64,000 nt of DNA from Octopus bimaculoides (lineage: Eukaryota), in the NCBI RefSeq assembly GCF_001194135.2, contig NC_068983.1:109566032-109630031 (forward strand). The letters run 5' to 3'. Numbering within the stretch: the first letter of the stretch is position 1; every line of letters begins with the position of its first letter. This document shows positions 24,046-37,900 of this stretch, piece after piece. The notes under the pieces were generated by a model. It did no database searches and was not told where the DNA came from. It was given only the letters and a program-made list of their open reading frames with translations. A program made the position numbers and the translations under genes.

Positions 24046-24913
24046 GAAGAATTTTAATACAGCTAAATGCCCTTTCTGTCATCAACACTTCTCTGTTTTT
24101 CTTGAATGGTTTCCCTTATTTCATACATCCTCTAAGACAAAAAGAGGGCAAATGATTTGTTAACTAAAGAAGTGACAACAATGATCGTCATTTACTACAA
24201 TTGAACATTTCACAAGTATTATTATTTAATCCTGATTATCTAACACTGTTATTGTTTATTCCCAACTAGATGCAATCATAACCATTCTACATCATTACAT
24301 TATCTAATGTCATTCCTTTTTAGACTATAGGGTGTAATTTAAGGGAGAATTTGGCTTCTCTCCTATAAAGGGCTATGGTGAGTGACAAAACTAGCAGGCT
24401 ATTGCAATAAATACTGTTATGTATTTAGTTACATTCTTTTACATTTCAATTCTACATACTGATAGGGATAATATTCCTTTCAATCCTCCACATTCAATAT
24501 AGTAAGTGTCACATATATTCTGAGACATTTCTCTGTGCTGCAGACGCTCCTTTAAACACTTGTAACTGCTGCCAAATTTATCCATTAATATTTCTGCATC
24601 ACATAATATATCTTAATAGGTTATTAATTTTAAAAAGGAATGGGAAAATATTTTAGATGTTTAGAACATATTTGTGTTTATATCTACAAGAACAAAATAC
24701 ATTTTACTGATTAATTTATTTACTGTGAAGATTGTAACATCGTTCAAAATTGTTTGTTTGATTAACAGCTTGAAGAAAATTGCATTCTTAAATAAACATT
24801 TTAGCTAATTATTGACATTTTTAAAAGAAATATTCAGAGCAAGCAATTAAAAGCTGTTCATAAATTCAAATAGAACAATAGTGTGCATATGTATGTATGT
24901 ATGTATGCATGTA

Positions 24914-24946
<33 letters not shown>

Positions 24947-25574
24947 GTGTGTTTGGTATGTATTACATATATATATATATATGTGTTTGGTATGTATTAT
25001 ATATATATATATATATATATTTGTATATGTCAAGTTTACAAGCTAAGCACCAAGACTCGTTTTCATCATACATCTATCATTTATAGCTTCAATATTTTTT
25101 GCATAAACGAAAAAGAAATAAAAATTTATCTTCATTTTAAATAACTCAAAACACCTCAGCAAATTAATAAGTGTAGAAATAAGGAAACTAAATATTGCAA
25201 TCCTTCATTTCCATTGAAAGACCTATTTTTATATTACTAATTTTGAATCTGTAAATAACCATTTGGTATACAAAACATGTTATTTTTATAAATATGCGTT
25301 TACCAGATATTTCATTGAAAGTTTTTTAGTAACAACAGGAATATAAATCAGAAATGCATATAAAATAAGGAAGAGTTACAGAAATAACCATTACTATGCA
25401 TTGCTATATTTTATCTGAGATACTCAGTAGCCAATGTCTATAACATTCGTATTTCTTTCTTTTGATCTTTTATTCTATGCTTTTGTCAAATTTACTCACT
25501 GATATTGTTGGCTTAAATCTTTATCGATTATAGAGAAGACTAGAGTTTTGTTCCTAGAAAGCTTTTAGCTTTAC

Positions 25575-25729
25575 CTATAAAATATATAGTTTCTATTGTA
25601 CTGAAACAAGACTTAGTAATTCTGCTCAACAAGCATTGTAAATTGGCTGCTTCTGTTGCTTGAAATTCTTGGCATGGGATAATATGTGCCGAACTGAAAT
25701 CTTTGCCAAGAAAAATTGACTCTTGAGCT
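25575..25729 (-). CDS. Candidate coding exon, unknown protein (AQESIFLGKDFSSAHIIPCQEFQATEAANLQCLLSRITKSCFSTIETIYFI)
   Basis: 155 nt open, phase 2 to 1, donor TAG|GTAAAG, modest acceptor TTATATAG. No family recognised. Confidence 0.3.
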
Positions 25730-26270
25730 CTATATAATCTTATTAGTTTATATATTAGCCAGGGACAGCAAGGCATTAAACACGATATACATTTTATTAC
25801 CTAAATACTCATCATTTTCTGTTTTTATTTTAATTATAAACTTAAGATGAAGGATTTAACATTAAAAATGAAATATTATCAGATTATATCATTTCTTTTT
25901 TTTTACTGTTTATATATCTAAAATAATATAGCTGTTTTCGAATAGTAACATTAAAATCCTGCTTAAAAGTTTGTATAACTTATATTATTTTTATGCTTTT
26001 CTGACATTCTTACATATATCTTTTTCATTCTTGTATCTGATGCTGCATGAATAGCAAGAGAAAATTGTATGAATTTCCCTTCACAACTGAGCATTTGATT
26101 TTATAAAAGCAAAAGTAATCTTACTTAAAATCATTCACTTGAAGGCAATTGATGTATACTTCCAGCAAGGTAGAGAAAAATGGAATATACTAAGAGTCTA
26201 CTTTTGCATCTGTGCTACTTTTCAAATGTCAGTTATCTTTCCATATATACACATCCTATATTACTTACGT

Positions 26271-27082
26271 TTTTATAAGAAGTATTCATGATTATAAATT
26301 ATCACTTGCTGGGTATGCCAAACACTGGCAAGTAGCATAGCTGAGAATTTTCTAATTAATTATTTCTGTTTTAACTGAATAAATTTGATAATTTTGTGAT
26401 AAGTTGAAAAGAGTTTAAGCTTTCTATTTATTTAGGACTAAGCTCAACCAGCTTATATAGTACTAGCCTATATGGTAAAAATCTAGGTACCAAAACTTCT
26501 TTCTAAACAGTATCATTGTCTTCAATTATGTATTCAGCTTATGTCTTTTTGAGTTGAAAGATTATAATTATGTTATGTTAAACTTGGTACATGCAACTGA
26601 AACAGTATTAAATTAAAATCATCATTTGTTAATCATACAAAATGTATACACATCATTACATGGCATAATGCTATCGAATAGTCCAAGATAAAATTTCTTC
26701 ATAGACTTGTGTTAAAAACACAATATATATCAAAGTAAGCCAAATATTGTCACTGCAGTGACTCACAAGAACAACAGAGGTATTTTGCCTTGATTGACGT
26801 TTGAATGCTGTGCATTCAATTGTCACCAACCTATGAAGAGATTTTATCTCAGACAGTTTGACGACATATTGCCTTTTAATGGTGTGTGTATATATTTAGT
26901 ATCATACACAGTTTTATAAGAAGCATTCATGATTATAAATTATCACATGCTGGGTATGTGAAACACTGGCAAGTAGCATAGCTGAGAATTTTCTAATTAA
27001 TTATTTCTGTTTTAACGAAATAAATTTGATAATTTTGTGGTAAGTTGAAAAGAGTTTAAGTTTTCTATTTATTTAGGACTAA
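26271..27082 (+). repeat. 171-bp direct duplication (26271-26441 and 26912-27082)
   Basis: The two blocks align without gaps, with about 8 substitutions; offset 641. Confidence 0.95.
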
Positions 27083-29227
27083 TGCTGTTTGAATTGTGCA
27101 TACTGAGATTTTCTACAGCCCAGTAGGTTTCTGCAATGCCAATGAATACTTAATTTACTGTTTCTTCAATATTGAAGCATGAATTTCATTTCAGTTGGTG
27201 ACAATGGAAAGTTTGACACTGACAAGCATCAACAAAAACAAAATGAATCTATCACTCTCATAAGTCACTGCAACATTTATATTCATCTCACTCTGATACA
27301 AATTTGTGAGAAAACTATCTAAGACAAAAGCACAGCATTACACCTTCTAACAGTGTGTATACCTTTAGTATGATACACAGATAGTGATTCAGTTATGTTC
27401 CTGAAGAGATATTTTAATATTTAGCTATTTTTGTGTAGTTGATGTTTAATTAGGAGTCGTTGTGAGTTAAATAGCTTAACAAGATCTCAATGGTAATGTT
27501 GGCATGGCATATGGTAATTTGAACTTTTTTCTCAGATGAAAGATTTATGTATAGTTACACCCTTGATTATTTATTCCTCAGTTTTTATTGATATTTGAAA
27601 TAGAAATGAAGTGAAATATATGTGACTGAAAACATGGGAATAAAAATAGTGGCAAGCCTGTTTATTGAAAGATTTGTCATTCTTCCCACAAATATGAATA
27701 TTTTCGTTTTAATGAGACAAGCTTTATGCTAATTATCTGTCCATACTTCGGTGAACAATCAGCTCTAAAGTAGGCAAGGAATCTAAGTGAAACATTAAAG
27801 AAGAAAAAAGTGTCTTGTAAGGGGACAACTCCTCAATGTATGTAATAAGATGTGAACCTATTATTAAAACTGGTAACTAACTTTATAACTTTATAACTAT
27901 TGGTTCTGTGAAATTGAGTATTAACTAACTAGACTCACATTGTCTTACTTATTTAATTTCATTACTTTCTTGTTCTTTTTGTATAATTGGGCGTTTTTGC
28001 CATAAAGAATAAGAGGGGCATAGAAAATAAATATCTCCTCATAAATATTAAAAATTGATCAATTAGATTGCAGTATTTTTTCAGAAACATTCATATTTCA
28101 CATTGAATCTGTTGCTATTTCACATCGAATCCATCATTATTTCACAAATATTAATCGGATTTTAATCCTTTCTTAATTCTATCAATGAAAAGTTGGCTTT
28201 ATTTATGTCCTTAAAATAGTTGTGGTTATCAGCATTGCTTTTTTTATTTCAATTTTATGATGTTATAATACAGCATTACACATAGAACTTAGAACATTTA
28301 TTCAATGTCTTTAAGAATCATTGCAATAAGTATTCAATACATACAATACATGCTTTTATTTCTGAAGGAAAAAAATGCTTAAAATCAATCCAGCAAAATT
28401 GGAACAACTCCTTAAGAAATGAATGAGTTGCATGCCTGGAGTAAAAGAACTAAAAATAATTTTGGTTTGCTCTGTTTGTCAGTTACTGATTTAATCATGA
28501 AAAAGTCAATAAGATAAGTGAAACTAGAAATCATTTATCTATCTTAGCTAGACTGTTCCTTGCACTTGAGTATAACAAATGATTTACTTTCCCCTTTTAA
28601 AATTTGTTATTGGATTTTTTCTTGCTTTTAGCATTGTATAGCAGTAGTAAGCTCTGCTACCTAGTTTCAATTCCCTTTTCAAACTATGTTCTTTATTTTG
28701 TTAATGGTTTTTGAAAAGCTATGAATGTTTCACTTTCTTATTCCATATTCGTTAAGCTCCATGCCTGTATGAGAAATCATTATAATTAAATAACATTTCA
28801 TTAAATTAGAAATAATACAAGATAATAACTCACTTTACATAGCATTCTGAACTTGCCAGCAATAACACACTCCTTTCTCTTTAATAATAAAAAGGCTTTA
28901 AACAAAAGTTTTTGCATGACATACACATCAAAGTAACTATTTTGCTTCAAATTACTTTCCAAAGAATCAATTATTTTGAAAACAATTTTGTTTGTAAATT
29001 AAAAGATACTAATATAGAGAGTAAATATAAAGCATATGTAACTGTATCATAGGTGAAACCAAGAAGATTTTATCGAAATAAATCTACCATTTGTCATCTG
29101 ATTTGAAAAATACTCCGATTTAAAATGAATTTAAGATAATTATATTCACATGGAACTGAAAAGAGATTTGTCATGATCTGTTGAAACTCCACTGCTTCCC
29201 AAATATGTGTATCTTTAAACATTAAAC

Positions 29228-30825
29228 TATCGTAAATTGGGACTGTCTGAATAATTTCGGAGGGAAGCTCTTAACACGACTTCATACATGACTGAGTATC
29301 AAGTGTGGGTTGACTTTGAGGTCAACTATTTATCCTAATGTAGCCAGTTGGTTATCAAGCTATTCTCATTGGTCAATAGCAACAAGAAGTTGAATGTAAA
29401 ACTCTCCTAGTTCAGTTTGCTACACTCATTCACATAACATTTTAAATGTCCACTTGGCACCATCCCTAACTAGATTTAAACAAAAGTGGTGAGTATATGC
29501 AGCCAGTTACTTGTTACAATTGATGGAATATACTCAGGAAAATGGCAATAAAGCTGCATCTAGTCATTTCGTGGAGCAATCAACAGAATATTGAATACAA
29601 GAATGATGCAAACAAGAAAAGCTGAAATCTTTGCCAAGCATAAAATGCAGTTTCAAGCTGATATTGCTAAAAAACCTAACTTGGAAGAACAGCAGGAGAC
29701 AGTTGATGACAGAAAATCTGGCATTGCTTTATCAGTAAAGATGATAATTATTCAATCAATAAAAATTGCAAAGGGCCTACAAATAAGTAACTTTAAAGGA
29801 AGGGATCAACAGTTACATATAAAGATATGAACTATGTAGGTAAACATGAACAGCTATTGACCAGCTGCCGAAACAATAGATTTTCATAGGTAAGGCTTTC
29901 ACAGGAAGAAAGCAAAATTTTGAATGCAAGGAAATGGGAATATGGATGAAGTTCCACTTATGGATATCTCTTTCAAAAGAGAAAATATTTAGGGGTATAC
30001 ATGTAAATGTCCATCCTAAAGAATGGGTGGAACAAGATGGAATAAATCTTTTGATCAAAAAGATAAGGGCAAAATGACCAGAGGGAATGTTAAAAAAAGC
30101 CAATGTATTTGTACTTGTTACATTAAAATCTCATCTTGACAAAGCAACAACGATTACCTTGCAGAATTATAACACAACAATAGCAATCATACCAAAAGAT
30201 ACCTCACATTTAGAGGTTTTATATTTCTATAAAACAAGCCCTTCAAATTCATTGTATGAGGAATGGAATAAATATATGAATACTTCAGTTCAATATGAAT
30301 AAACCACCACTGGATGTATGAAGGGAACTAGTGTTGCAAAACTATGCTCGTGGATTAAGGCATCATGGGATGCAAAGAAAGAAAAGACTGTTATCAAAAC
30401 TTTCAAGAAAGGTAGTACTAACAAAACTTTAGATGGCATGAAAGATGAAATGATTAATGAAGAAGGTGAGAGCAGCAGTGAAAAAGAATTTGAAGGATTT
30501 GAAGATGACAATGAGGATGAAAAATCTGATTACCAAAATCCTAGGAGTGGGGACTCAAACTTTTGATCTTGACAGAAAAATACAAAACTATTTATATATT
30601 ATTGTATATATTTTTAATTTTAAATATATCAAATGTAATCATTTTTCCAGAATGTTTAGTTACTTTATTTGTGACAGTCACAATGCTAACCCTTATGTTG
30701 GTAAAATTTTTATTTTTATCTTTCTACAAATGTAACTTTTATTTTTAATTGTGTTTTCTTTTCTAAAACCCTGAAACCCAATATTTTTTCCATGCATATA
30801 GTTTATTCATAGAACCTATATGGTA
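29228..30825 (+). mobile_element. Decayed pogo-family (POGK-like, BrkDBD plus CENP-B HTH) DNA transposon
   Basis: YTQENGNKAASSHF; KKPNLEE...SGIALSVKMI...IAKGLQISNFKG; C-terminal SVAKLCSWIKASWD...VIKTFKK...LDG followed by an acidic tail. Ends are only weakly TIR-like (TATCGTA / TATGGTA). Confidence 0.8.
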
Positions 30826-31201
30826 CAAAAATTTTTAATTTTTGAAGAAACAAATTATTTATTTGCTTGAACTTAAATATCAACATTTTTTCAAAAACTT
30901 CTTTTTCAAAATTAAGGTGCATATAGTTTTGTATTTCTCTGTCAAGTTCAAAAGCTTGAGTCTCATCTTCACATTTGGAATTTTGGAAATCAGATTTTCC
31001 ATACTCACTGTTATCTTCAAATCCTTCAAATTCTTTTACAGTATATAAATATAGTATATAAATAATATAGTTCTAANNNNNNNNNNNNNNNNNNNNNNNN
31101 NNNNNNNNNNNNNNNNNNNNNNNNNNNNNNNNNNNNNNNNNNNNNNNCATGTTGATATTGTTTTGAATTTGATTACACTATACCCTACTCAAAATATATT
31201 T

Positions 31202-31256
<55 letters not shown>

Positions 31257-33933
31257 AGGTTGTCTACATTTGTTTATATATATATAGTGTTGACTAAAAA
31301 TTTAAATATCTGTAATAGAATACAGCAGTGAAACAAAACACTGTTAAAATTACATTTATATATCAATCAAAATGCATAAAATATATATGCAAATTAATCA
31401 TTGCAATCTATTTAAGCTACTAGTAGTAGAAGGTTTGTAAGCAATATTTTTTATTTACAGTTAAAGAAAGTCCTCAGTCACTTACAAAATTGAAACACAT
31501 ATTTCAGACCAGTCTGGCAGACCCTTCTCATTGTCCTGTAATTTCACTGTACACTTGTGTGTCTATATTACACAAAGTGTGCACTGGATAGAATTCCTAC
31601 CAACTCTTTTCCTGCATATTGTATATGGACATTTTCTTGATGTTTTCAGGGTCCTGTGACCTGGGTACGACTTTAAACAGCAACTGGTAGTTGATCTCTT
31701 GTACAGGAGTTCCAGGGTTTTGAGGAGTGTGGAACCACCTCTTAACCACTATTATTTTGAAGTCTAATCTGAACCAAAGTAGTAGCACTTGTTAGAGTCA
31801 CAGCTATGGATGAACTAGGACGATGACTAAGCCCTGCCTTACTTTCCTTCTGTCATCAAATCCGGAGCAGCATAGGTATATAGATACGACTAGGGTGATG
31901 GGAAACATCTACATTGCTAGAAATAAGAGCTAAACTGCTCTAATGTTGTAAGTTAAGGCACATGAATGAAAAAATATACACTAACAGTACAACATATGTT
32001 CCTACAGCATAACTATCCTAAGATGTGGCATTTAATTGCATCCTGTTGGTTAAATTGCATTATAAGTTCAGCCAGGGTATACATATCCATGCAACTTTAT
32101 TCAAGCTATTACCACTATGGGATTTTGAGGTGAACTGAAGAGTTCAGTACTTGATAGTCTCATTTTATGTATAATTTAGTGGTGAAGATATGCGTGCCTA
32201 GTGCAGAAGATAGCAGAGGTTGTTGTGAAATATGATATGGTGATAAAGTCTGTTATCATTTAAATCTAGAGTGGCCCTTAAGGTTCTAAAAGGAACAACA
32301 TGACAGTAAGAGGCTGAAGTTTATTGGTAGATTAATCAAAAGCTATCTATAGTAAGTCTACAATATTTTGAGATAATTCATTGGTGTACTGTTTGTGCAA
32401 ATAATGTCTTATTAAAAATTTTTACTTGGGCTAACCACACCATCTGATGTGGTTACCCAGAACCCAGATTATACTAGAGCACTTACCAGGTACCTGCTCA
32501 GATTCATAATTCCTATTACTATATTACTTTACATTATACATACCTACAAATACGTATGTATGTATGTATGTATGTATGTATGTATGTAGTTCATGCCATC
32601 TTAATCCATTCTTCTTCATTAATACTCTTCCATAATCATCTTACACGTGCACAACTCACACACATTCAAAAACATAACAAAAAAGTGCACACCTACTCCA
32701 AATGAACTTATATACACTTCAAGGTTCAAAACAGTTAGAAACACATGCATATACTCTGCACATTTTACATCCAGCTTTGCATCTCCTTTCCTTTCCCACT
32801 GTCCTGCTTTTTAAAACGTTGTCTCTCATTCTTACTTCCAGTCATTTCCAATATGGCACTGCTGTGAGTCTCACACATAGATTTCATTTCTTTCCTCATA
32901 CATGTTTCTCTTTTTCTTTTTCATTTAACTTTTTCTTTTGAAACAGAGCCATACCTGAAGCATTCAGACATTCCATTTCTTTCTCTCTGGGCATAAATAT
33001 ATGAAATTCAATAGTATATTATGTTTGTGGTTATTTTCATGATCTCATCTATCTTTGTCTATATATCTACCTATTTTGTGTTTTTTATTGAAAGTCATTT
33101 ACAACAAAGTGATGAGCAACCATCAATAAAACAGGCCTCAAGCAACCACTTAGCATGTTGAGAGTTACAAAACAACGCAAAAGAAAGAAAAATCTTATGA
33201 GAAGTTGCCTTAAGAATCTTAAAATGATCAACACAAAATTTAAAGAATTAATATTGTATTTGTCTGGGAAAAGGACCATAAAAAAGAGAGTGCTATAAGA
33301 CAGATGTTCAATGAAATAACATATTACAGTAGAAACCCTTGTTTCAGAAGTCAGATAACAACATAAGAATGAGAATTAGTAAAAAGACAAGTCACTCAAA
33401 TATTAACTTTGCCTGAACGGTGTGTTGGTTAGCATATTGATTAAGAATGACTCCAAGCCTCAACAAATAGAAAAAAAGGGTAGTTTTGATCACCATAGAA
33501 GTACACAAGTTTCAATCAAGTTTACACTGACCATGTGATCAACGGATCTTCAGTCACCTTTTTATAGAATTGATGCAGATTTTAGTTTAATTTAAACTTC
33601 CTTTGAAATTTTTCTTGGTAGCTCCATAAACTGTGATAGCTGTCCTCAGTCTCCTGTCTCAGCTACAGTGTAATCCCATGTGTTGAGTTTCAGTCAATTT
33701 TTACTGCTTGATTATTGCTGTGAATCTTCTGCAAAAAGTTGCCTCTTCACATTTATCTGAAGGTTATAACCAGTTTTTTTTTTACCAGGTTACAAGTATT
33801 TATGTATGTATGTATANNNNNNNNNNNNNNNNNNNNNNNNNNNNNNNNNNNNNNNNNNNNNNNNNNNNNNNNNNNNNNNNNNNNNNNNNNNNNNNNNNNN
33901 NNNNNNNNNNNNNNNNNNNNNNNNNNNNNNNNN

Positions 33934-33972
<39 letters not shown>

Positions 33973-33980
33973 GTATATAT

Positions 33981-34383
33981 CGTCATCTTCATCATCTTAA
34001 TGCCCACTTTTCCATGCTTAAATGAGTCAGACAGAGTTGTTTGTCGAGGCATATTTTCTTAAGTTATATCTCTTCCTGTCACCAACCCTCATCTGTTTCC
34101 AAGTAAGGTCATATTCCCTCTTGGCCAGACATCTTCTCCTGGAAAGCTAGAAATAAATGACATTATCTGTATGATGGTGACACTTGCTTACAACTATAAT
34201 GTAATGTCAAGACAAGGAGAAAGAAACATGCATGCATCTCGTCCAAACACACACATACGCGTGATATGTTTCTTTGAGTTTCCATCTAACAAGTCATAGC
34301 AGAAGACACTTCACTAAGGTTTCATGCAGTGAGATTAGACCTGAAACCTTCTGGTTGGGAAGCAAACTTATAAACAACATGCC
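33981..34383 (-). mobile_element. SINE with a family A-like tRNA head and an RTE-type 3' tail
   Basis: The reverse complement starts with ...AAGTTTGCTTCCCAACCAGAAGGTTTCAGGTC and ends AGCATGGAAAAGTGGGCATTAAGATGATGAAG. The middle matches 58230-58330. Confidence 0.75.
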
Positions 34384-34879
34384 TGTATGTATATGCATAT
34401 GTATATGCTGTGATACATGGAACTGTGTTTCATAACATCAGGGTTTACCACTTTTAACAGAACTGACTGGCATCTCTGGTAGCTTAACTCTTTCAGAACA
34501 CACTACTGTTTCTTCCATACTTGATATTTCTTCTTCTATGCTTGGTATTAGTATAGTAATGAGTCTAGGTCATTCCTAATTTCTGTTTCAAAGTCTTCAT
34601 ATTAATGATTGTAAAGCTACCATATAACACTGACATGTAATTAGACGTAATGGAGTTTGGCTGACAGGTTAGCATATTTCAGAAGATAATGAATAAATGT
34701 TTTTATTATATAATTTTACCATGAAATATTTCTGTAATTTTCTGTCTTCTTTTTATAGAAAAAGAAAACCTTTTTCCTATAACGTAGTTTTGTTTACTAG
34801 TTAAGCAATGCAGCTGAGATGAGATATGAATTCTTTCAGTACTTGAAATGGACTTTTTTGTACCACCCTTTAATATCAG

Positions 34880-34989
34880 TCTCAGTACCATTTCCCCATA
34901 GCCTACCACATCAATATTGTTTCATTGTCATCTGAAAACACTGATGATTATGTAACTGTTGAAAAGTGTGTAGTTTTAGGTGCAATTAT
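34880..34989 (+). CDS. Candidate exon (SQYHFPIAYHINIVSLSSENTDDYVTVEKCVVLGAI)
   Basis: Pyrimidine-rich acceptor ...TTTAATATCAG, donor TAT|GTAAGT, open frame phase 0 to 2. Unrecognised. Confidence 0.25.
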
Positions 34990-37900
34990 GTAAGTAGTAC
35001 CATTTTCATTCTATGAAAATTACTTGAAATATGAAGTCAATGCTTCATTCTTGGCTTCTCTTTGTAAGCCAACTAATACCTGAAAAGAACAAAAAACTGT
35101 TTTTTGTGCTGAGATGGAGAGTAAATAAAGTGGCAGGCCTAACTTAGGGGTATAATCTATTATGAGTGAATTAGAATCTTTTGAACAAATGGTCTCGCTA
35201 TAGGCCAATACACCAACATCCATCTATATATCATTTCCTTAATTTAAACACTATGAATATTTATAACTACTGTTAGAAATGAAAATAAAAGTATTTTTTG
35301 TTAAAAAATGTAACAACAGCATTTTCAATTATCATAAAACAACAGTTATTTTCATTTAATATAAAAGCAAAATGAAATGAACATTACTTTTTAAATGCAT
35401 CATATTATTACACATATTCCCTGTTGGCAATTTACACTTTTGATTCTAGACCCAATATTGATTTTCATTGAATTTGGCTTTCTCAGTTTTATTGTTATTG
35501 TTAAAAATAATCATGCTTCACTTTTGTATCTAACTCAGCTTTTCTTTTAAATTGAATTGGTAAACTGTTCCATCTGTTTGCATCTCAAAGCCAATTTAAC
35601 TGCTGTTCAGCCTGATATCTTTCATTTGCTGCAACTGTTTTGTTTCCTCTTTATTTTTCCATCTCGTCACTGACATTTATTATGGCACTTTTTGTAGTAT
35701 GCAGATAGATCCAATTCATATAAAGAGTGGAAAAAGGTTAGAATTTAATGTTTTTGTCTAAAACATTGTTAAATATTATTTATTTCTATTTACTGTTATA
35801 AATCTCATTCAATTCAATGTCAAACTATTAATGCATTCTTCTATTTAACACTTATTTGTGTTTAAATACATTAAAGATAATTATTTTAAGAAACATTTTG
35901 AATTATAACAAAATTCAGAATCACCTGAATTGTAAATATAAACAACAATTTTATTGAATACATTGAAGCTCTGTTTGAGCAACAACTGAGTATAAACATC
36001 ATAGCTAATCATATAGATATTATTAAACATAATTTTTATTTTAACCTTTTACAATTTCAACTTGATTGATTAAAAATAATCCTTATTGATCTTATTGCTT
36101 TGAATCATAGTCGGTTAGTGTTGTGTAATAAGCCTTTTCAGTATATAAGCATTTTAAGATTCATTTGAATTAATATTCAGGTTTTAATTTGCTTAAATAT
36201 ACTAAAATTAAAAAGCAAATCAGAATCCACATTGAGAGATTAGCAAATGAGCTATCATATATCAAATGCATTATATATTCTTCTGTTTAATATTTTATAA
36301 TTTTAAGTTATTCTTTCGCATATTTGAATTGTAGAATGATATACTTCAATTAGATAATAATAAACTTGAATTAATGAACAAAGCAATTTAAAAATATATT
36401 TATCAAAACTGTTTTTTCTTCATCTTCAATCACTCTCATGAGCACTGAAATATTCCGATTATGAAAAATCAAGCACAACAAGCAGGAATTATGTTTTGCT
36501 ATTTTTATTACATTTTTATCTGAGAAAACAGTTCTATAATCAAACCCACTCTATATTATGACACTCTTATTTTACATTTTTTATACCCAGAACGACCTTA
36601 TCCAGATTTAGGTGATGTTTCTAGGAGGTTAAGTAACAACAAAGGGGTTCCTTTCTATTGATGAAAGAGTTACAGAAATGATAAAGCCTTGCAATGAATT
36701 TCGTGCTTCACATTATCTTGTTCTCTTCAATCTCACAGTGATTATCTTTGCTTTTTACATTTTCAGTTTTGATAAAATAAGTATCAATCAAACAATGAGA
36801 CTGATTTGGTCAACAATACTCTCTCCTAGAAGATTGAGGATTTCTGTCAGTATAAGAAACTGTTATAAAATTTCTTCATGATTTTATTCAAAAGTCCTGA
36901 AGGTTTATGTTAATGTGTAGTTGTTCAAAACTGAAGATTTACTCTATGGCTACTCCAATGCTTTTCTGTATTTGTTCCAGTAAGAAAAGTATTCATTAAT
37001 AGTTCCACACAAATAAATAAATTACAAGTATTAAGCACTCAGTCTCCTATTTGTACAAAAGGGTTTATGAATATATTTTAGCATGATGGTTGGTCATATA
37101 TTCTTCATTAGCTGTTCACACAGTTAGTTAGGCAGTGTATGACGATATTGACTACACTAAAATTTTATTGAGTTTATATCTACAAGTGGTCATTCAATAA
37201 ATTAAAGGAACAATATTCAACAAACGCAACAGTTGGGAATCTTCCATAATATAACATGCTAGATAATATTATGAAAGGAGTGCATAGTCCTTGAAGATGA
37301 AATAATTAGAAAGTATTTAAATCATTGCCTGTTTTTAATGTGTGATATGTAACATCCTTATGTTGAGTATGCTGTAAGCATGTTAAATAAGAAAAGTGAA
37401 AGAATGGGAGAGACTAACTCATTGAGCCAAGTGACATAGATTCCCTTAGATGGGTGAGTGACTCTGACCTATGGTTGAATTTGCCAACTTTATATGACAA
37501 AACTGTTTGGCATGAAAAGTTGCACACATCAATTAAAGCTTGCCACATAAACCATAATAGATTAGCCAGTGCTGAGTGGTCAAGCCATATAAATTAGGCA
37601 TTATTACCTTTTACGGTGACAATTTTCTTTTTTTGGATATACATTAGGTGTCATAGTTTAAGACTAAGAAAATCTGGAAGCTATGGTTCAAAGCTCAACG
37701 GAAGCCTCACTACAATATGTGCATGCATATGTGCGTGCTGAGAATGCAAGAGAAAGAGAAAGAAATCTTATACTTCAAATGTTATTTTACATGATAAACA
37801 AAGAGGATTGATGGTAGAAAACATAGTATCAGCCATCGTTATAGATATACAAAAGATTGATCTTTTATTATAGATAAAACAAAAAAAAAAAATCAGATAC

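Noticed and set aside
26749-26762. 14-bp perfect palindrome GTCACTGCAGTGAC (and TCACTCATGAGTGA near 47298)
   Set aside because: One or two such palindromes are unremarkable in 64 kb, and no supporting context was found.
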